From contig CBDCRW010000005.1 of the NCBI GenBank assembly GCA_965221125.1, forward strand, positions 544,001 through 608,000: a DNA stretch of 64,000 nt, given 5' to 3'. The notes beneath the pieces were generated by a model. The model was not told where the DNA came from, did no database searches, and was given only the letters and a program-made list of their open reading frames with translations. Origin of the DNA: Alphaproteobacteria bacterium (lineage in GTDB: Bacteria > Pseudomonadota > Alphaproteobacteria > UBA828). The stretch's first letter is position 1, and the number at the start of each line of letters is the position of its first letter. Position numbers and translations under genes: made by a program. Below are positions 59,721 to 64,000 of this stretch, piece after piece.

Positions 59721-59979
59721 GTCGACGCGTGCTTCCCAGCGAAGATATAGCTCTAAATCAGGTATTTCAATGGACATCAATGAGACATACATGTCGCGTG
59801 CCACAGGACAGTAGTGACCAGTGCCTGGAGTTGGCCATGTCTTGTGAATAAGGACTGCCTAATGTCCATACCAAGCTATACTTACGAACGAGGACCAGAT
59901 GCGTGCGGTCACTCATGTCCTGTCGGCTGAAGCGCCAAGGCCCCTCCAAGGTGGAGTAGGCCCGGCCGGAAACCGACTC

Positions 59980-60867
59980 TTACCGCCGCATCCCGACGGC
60001 AGCCTGCCCGCCGATGCTGCCGAGGATGATGAGCCCGCCGACGAGAGTGAGCACGCTCGGCACTTCGCCGAAGGCGAGCCATACCCAGATCGAGGCGAAC
60101 ACCACCTCGGTCAGCGACAGCACAAGCAGCTCGGCCGCCGGCACGTTCCTGGCGCCGATGGTCAGCATGAAGATGCCGGCGCCGATCACCAGCACGCCGT
60201 ACATCGCAGCCAGGCCCACATCGACGATGGGTGCTGCGAGCCCGGTGCCGTCGGCTGCCGCCATCACGGCGCTGAATGCGGCGGTGATCGCGGCGCCGAT
60301 CAGGATCGTCGGCGACATGTCCGTGTGGCGGCCGCGCCGGATCGCGACCGAGAAGCCCGCGAAGCCCACCGCCGAGGCGAGCGCCGCGAGGTCGCCCAGC
60401 AGGTCGGACTCGGCCAGCCCCTCGCCGATCATGATGGCGACACCCGCGATCACGCCGAACATGGCGAACCACATGGAGCGCGCCACCCGCTCGCGCAGCA
60501 CCATCCAGCCGAGGAAGGCCGCGACCAGCGGCGCCGCGCTGATGAGGAAGAGCGCGTTCGCCACCGTGGAGTGCATGACCCCCCACACGTAGCCGGTGAA
60601 CGCCACCGCGAGACCGAGGCCGCCCACCAGCCCGTTCGCGCCCGCGCTCCGCACCATCTCCAGCACCGGGCGGCGGGTGATGAGGAAGTAGAGCAGGATC
60701 ATCGCCGCCGCGCCGAGGGAGCGGTAGAACAGGAACTGCCACGGCGTGCTCTCGTCGGCGAGCCGGATGATCGGCCCGCCGAGGCTCATGCAGAGCCCGG
60801 CCGAGAGCACCCAGAGCCGGCCCGTGATGCGGCCGCGGTCGGGCCCGGAACCCGGGATCGTGGTCAA
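59980..60867 (-). CDS. DMT/EamA family transporter
   Basis: ~10 TM; AAPLVAAFLGWMVLRE, WVWLAFGEVP. Confidence 0.87.
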   Translation of the reverse strand: MTTIPGSGPDRGRITGRLWVLSAGLCMSLGGPIIRLADESTPWQFLFYRSLGAAAMILLYFLITRRPVLEMVRSAGANGLVGGLGLAVAFTGYVWGVMHSTVANALFLISAAPLVAAFLGWMVLRERVARSMWFAMFGVIAGVAIMIGEGLAESDLLGDLAALASAVGFAGFSVAIRRGRHTDMSPTILIGAAITAAFSAVMAAADGTGLAAPIVDVGLAAMYGVLVIGAGIFMLTIGARNVPAAELLVLSLTEVVFASIWVWLAFGEVPSVLTLVGGLIILGSIGGQAAVGMRR

Positions 60868-60942
60868 GAGGCCTCCCCACGGTCTGCGAGAGCGGCCGGG
60901 ACGCGCCGGGGCGCCCGCCGGAAGCGCGCAAGCATGCCCGCA

Positions 60943-62193
60943 TTAGGCCGGCTTGTCGCCGTCCGATTCCGTCTCCGAACGCGGGTCCAGCTCGTAGAGC
61001 GTGGGCGAGGTGCGGGGCACCGCCACGAAGCCGCTGCGGTCCTCCTGCACCGGCCGCCGGCTGAGCGCGATGCGGGCGACGGTGAAGAGCGCCAGCGCCG
61101 CGTGGACGGAGGTGGTGAACAGGAACAGCCCGCCGCTGCCGTAGCGGTTCATCAGCGCCGATGCGATCAGCGGCCCGAGGGACGCGCCGAGGCCGTATAT
61201 GAGAAGGAGCCCGCCGGCCGTCGCCACGAAGCGGGTGTCCTCCGCCTTGTCGTTCGCGTGCGCCACCGAGACCGCGTAGAGCGGCATGGCGAAGCCGCCG
61301 AACGCGGCAGACAGCCCGATCAGCAGCGTGGTCGACGGCTCCGCCCAGGAGCTGAGCAGCACCCCGCTCGCGGCGGCGCAGAGCGTGGCGCCCACGATCA
61401 CGAAGCGCCGGTCGATCCGGTCGGAGATCAGCCCGAGCGGCCACTGCAGGATGGCGCCGGCCAGCGTCGCGCCGGCCACGAAGTAGACCAGGCCGTCGAT
61501 GTCGAGGCCGCTCCGGCTCGCGAACACCGGCCCCAGCGACCAGAACGAGCCGTTGACGAGGCCGACGCTGAGGCAGCCGACGAAGCCCACCGGCGAGAGG
61601 CGCCAGAGGCCCAGGATGTCGAGGCCGATGGCGGCCGGCCGGGGCGGCTCCGGCGCCCTCGTGAGCGAGACCGGCACCAGCGCGATGGCGATGAGGATCG
61701 CGATCAGCGCGAAGGGCTCGAAGCCTGCGGGATCGTACGCCGTCAGCAGGAACTGCCCGGCCATCAGCACGCACAGGCTGATGAAGGTGTAGGCCGACAT
61801 GATCGCGCCGCGGTTGGCGGGGCCGGCACGGTCGTTCAGCCAGCTCTCGATCGCCACGTAGAGGCCGGCGAAGGCGAAGCCCACGAGGAAACGCAGCACC
61901 CCCCACGCGATGGGGTCGATGATGAGCACATGGGCGAGCGCCGTGGCGGCGATGACGCCGGAAAGCGTCGCGAAGGTCCTGATGTGGCCGACGCGGCGCA
62001 CCACCAGCGGCACGTTGAGGCAGCCCAGGATGAAGCCCGCGAAGTAGACGGTGCCGAGCAGGCCGATCTCGAGCGTCGAGAAGGCCTCGATCTCCGCGCG
62101 CACGGGCAGCAGCGTGTTGATCAGCCCGTTGCCGGTGAAGAGGATCGCCGTGCTGAGCAGCAGCGCTGCCAGCTGACGAAGTGTCGTGGTCAT
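60943..62193 (-). CDS. MFS transporter (YcaD-like)
   Basis: RVGHIRTF, ESWLN, QWPLGLISDRIDRR, AHAND. Confidence 0.88.
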   Translation of the reverse strand: MTTTLRQLAALLLSTAILFTGNGLINTLLPVRAEIEAFSTLEIGLLGTVYFAGFILGCLNVPLVVRRVGHIRTFATLSGVIAATALAHVLIIDPIAWGVLRFLVGFAFAGLYVAIESWLNDRAGPANRGAIMSAYTFISLCVLMAGQFLLTAYDPAGFEPFALIAILIAIALVPVSLTRAPEPPRPAAIGLDILGLWRLSPVGFVGCLSVGLVNGSFWSLGPVFASRSGLDIDGLVYFVAGATLAGAILQWPLGLISDRIDRRFVIVGATLCAAASGVLLSSWAEPSTTLLIGLSAAFGGFAMPLYAVSVAHANDKAEDTRFVATAGGLLLIYGLGASLGPLIASALMNRYGSGGLFLFTTSVHAALALFTVARIALSRRPVQEDRSGFVAVPRTSPTLYELDPRSETESDGDKPA

Positions 62194-62280
62194 GGCGATG
62201 TGCAGGTAGGGTGGCGGACCCCTGTGAGCAACACAATTTCGCCCGCCACCGGAAGATTTTATTGGGCGGCGATGTCGCCC

Positions 62281-63576
62281 CTAAGCCACCGTCACGGCGA
62301 CGCGGTGGAGCGCGTTGTTGAGGTAGCCCTTCGGGTTCCAGGCGACGGCGTGGGGCTGGCCGACGCCTTCCGAATCCGTCGCCCTGGCCCAGATCTCGTA
62401 GTAGCCCGGCCCCGGAAACTCCACCGAGGCGCGCCAGTTCTGCCAGGCCCCGGCGTTCACCGGCGTATCCAGCGCAGCGTCCGTCCAGGTCGCGCCGAAA
62501 TCGATGGAGAGGCGGACCGCGCTCACCGTCCGCTCCCCGGCCCAGGCGTGCCCCCGCGCCTCCACCGCCCGCGCGCCCGTGCGGTGGCCGGTGGCCGGGC
62601 GCGTGATCAGCGATTTCACCGGCATGGCCTCGATGATGACGAAGTCCGCCTCGCCCAGCGCCTCCCCCGGCGCCAGCGGGCGGGCGGGAACGCGGTAGGA
62701 TGTGCCGGTCATCTTCGCCCCGTCGTGCACCCGGTCCCGCAGCCGGAGGCGCGTGAGCCACTTCTGGGAGCACGACCCCGGCCATCCGGGCACGACTAGG
62801 CGGAGCGGCGCGCCGTTCATGGGGTGGATCGGCGCACCGTTCTGGGCGAAGGCGATGAGCATGTTCGGGTCCATGGCCTTCGCGATCGGCACGCCGCGCG
62901 AGATCGGCTGCCGGCCCGGCTCGCCCGAGGGGTGCGCGTCGGCACCTTCGTGCGCGGTATAGACGGCGCCCGCCTTCACGCCGGCTGCCTTCAGCACGTC
63001 GGCGAGGCGGACGCCGGTCCACTCCGCGCAGGCGACGGCGCCGTAGGTCCACTGCGCGCCGTCCGCCGGCGGGTCGAAGAAGGCGCGGCCGTTGCCGGCG
63101 CACTCCAGCGTCAGCGCGGCGGTGACGACATCGAACCGGCGCCTGAGGTCGGCGATGCCGAGCGTGAGCGGAGTCTCCACCAGGCCGTCCACGGTGAGCG
63201 TCCACGCCGCCGCATCCACGCTCTCGGGCAGGATGCCGTTGTTGCGGATGAAGTGCCGCGCGCTCGGCGTGATCGCGTCGTCCAGCAGGTGCGCCAGCGT
63301 CTCCGCGCTCAGCGGGCGCTCGTTGAGCACGACCAGGCCGTCCTTGCCCCGGATGACCGCTTCGCCGGCAAGCGCCACCGGCATGAAGTGCTCCGGCATG
63401 GTGCGGTGGAAGGGGATGCCCGCGCCCACCAGCGCCGCCATGGCGCCGAGCCCCGCGCCCTTCAGGAACCCGCGCCGGTCAGAATGGGTCACGCGGCCGA
63501 ACATCAGACGGTCGGCCCTGTCCGGGTCTTCGCGATAGAGCGTGTGCAGGCCCCGGCTCGCGGGGGTCTCGCCCAT
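62281..63576 (-). CDS. Tat-exported sulfite oxidase-family molybdoenzyme (SorT/SorA-like)
   Basis: RRGFLK Tat motif, FIRNNG, ECAGNGR, GAPLRLVVPGW, WNPKGY. Confidence 0.88.
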   Translation of the reverse strand: MGETPASRGLHTLYREDPDRADRLMFGRVTHSDRRGFLKGAGLGAMAALVGAGIPFHRTMPEHFMPVALAGEAVIRGKDGLVVLNERPLSAETLAHLLDDAITPSARHFIRNNGILPESVDAAAWTLTVDGLVETPLTLGIADLRRRFDVVTAALTLECAGNGRAFFDPPADGAQWTYGAVACAEWTGVRLADVLKAAGVKAGAVYTAHEGADAHPSGEPGRQPISRGVPIAKAMDPNMLIAFAQNGAPIHPMNGAPLRLVVPGWPGSCSQKWLTRLRLRDRVHDGAKMTGTSYRVPARPLAPGEALGEADFVIIEAMPVKSLITRPATGHRTGARAVEARGHAWAGERTVSAVRLSIDFGATWTDAALDTPVNAGAWQNWRASVEFPGPGYYEIWARATDSEGVGQPHAVAWNPKGYLNNALHRVAVTVA

Positions 63577-63715
63577 GGCCCGCCTCGTATTCCCTGGCGG
63601 CGTGTACCATAGCGCCTGCGGCATGGAACGAACAGGCGTCGCGCCCAACGCAGCGCGGCACCGATCGGATAAACTGCGGGCGGTTTGGCAAGTGGAGAGC
63701 CGGGGGACACCAGAC

Positions 63716-64000
63716 ATGACCGCCGACTACGAGACCATGACGCTCACGCGCGACGGCCGGCTGCTGCGCATCGAACTGACGCGGCCGGAGCGGCTCAACG
63801 CCTTCGCCATGACCGGCACGCGCGAGCTGCTCGACGCGGCCCGGCGCATCGCCGCCGACGAGGACGTGCGCATGGTCTCGATCGCCGGATCGGGCCGGGC
63901 GTTCTCCACCGGCATCGACCTCAAGGACCTCGCCGCAGGCAGGATCGAGCAGAGCTATTTCGACATGTGGGACGCGGCGCTCCGCGTCTTCGAGACCATG
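63716..64000 (+). CDS. Enoyl-CoA hydratase/isomerase family protein (partial, runs off window)
   Basis: MTADYETM...LTRPERLNA...GSGRAFSTGIDL crotonase motifs. Confidence 0.85.
   Translation, partial: MTADYETMTLTRDGRLLRIELTRPERLNAFAMTGTRELLDAARRIAADEDVRMVSIAGSGRAFSTGIDLKDLAAGRIEQSYFDMWDAALRVFETM

Larger units (their letters stand above)
58966..59959. mobile_element. Small low-GC integrated element bounded by a duplication of the dinB 3' end
   Basis: 27-bp direct repeat CGCCA(G/A)GGCCCCTCCAAGGTGGAGTAG at 58966-58992 and 59933-59959; lower-GC interior. Confidence 0.8.

Overview
GC-rich alphaproteobacterial chromosome segment. The assignment rests on MucR, the glyQ-glyS-ppdK order, a zinc-ribbon DinB and an alpha operon without rpsD; it looks Rhodospirillales-like and possibly host/sponge-associated, which is inference. 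Housekeeping blocks: panB/panC, rpmH-rnpA-yidD-yidC-engB-argB, nudC, ygfZ, glyQS-ppdK, moaB, UDG, hemF-coaBC-dut-moeB, rpsM-rpsK-rpoA-rplQ, dinB. They are interleaved with catabolic genes for nitrogenous or heterocyclic compounds. Most notable: (1) a ~0.97 kb low-GC element integrated in the 3' end of dinB, flanked by a 27-bp direct repeat and carrying only an HTH/Rep-like gene; (2) a urease-like operon (ureF'-ureAB-ureC) with a remodelled substrate pocket, followed by a deaminase-like enzyme lacking canonical catalytic residues; (3) a YidC with a ~310-aa charged C-terminal tail; (4) several small repeat families, including a 265-bp MITE and a palindromic element whose ends coincide with TAG stop codons; (5) a patchy AT-enriched glyS; (6) a cysK 3' remnant. 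No rRNA, tRNA or CRISPR array was seen.
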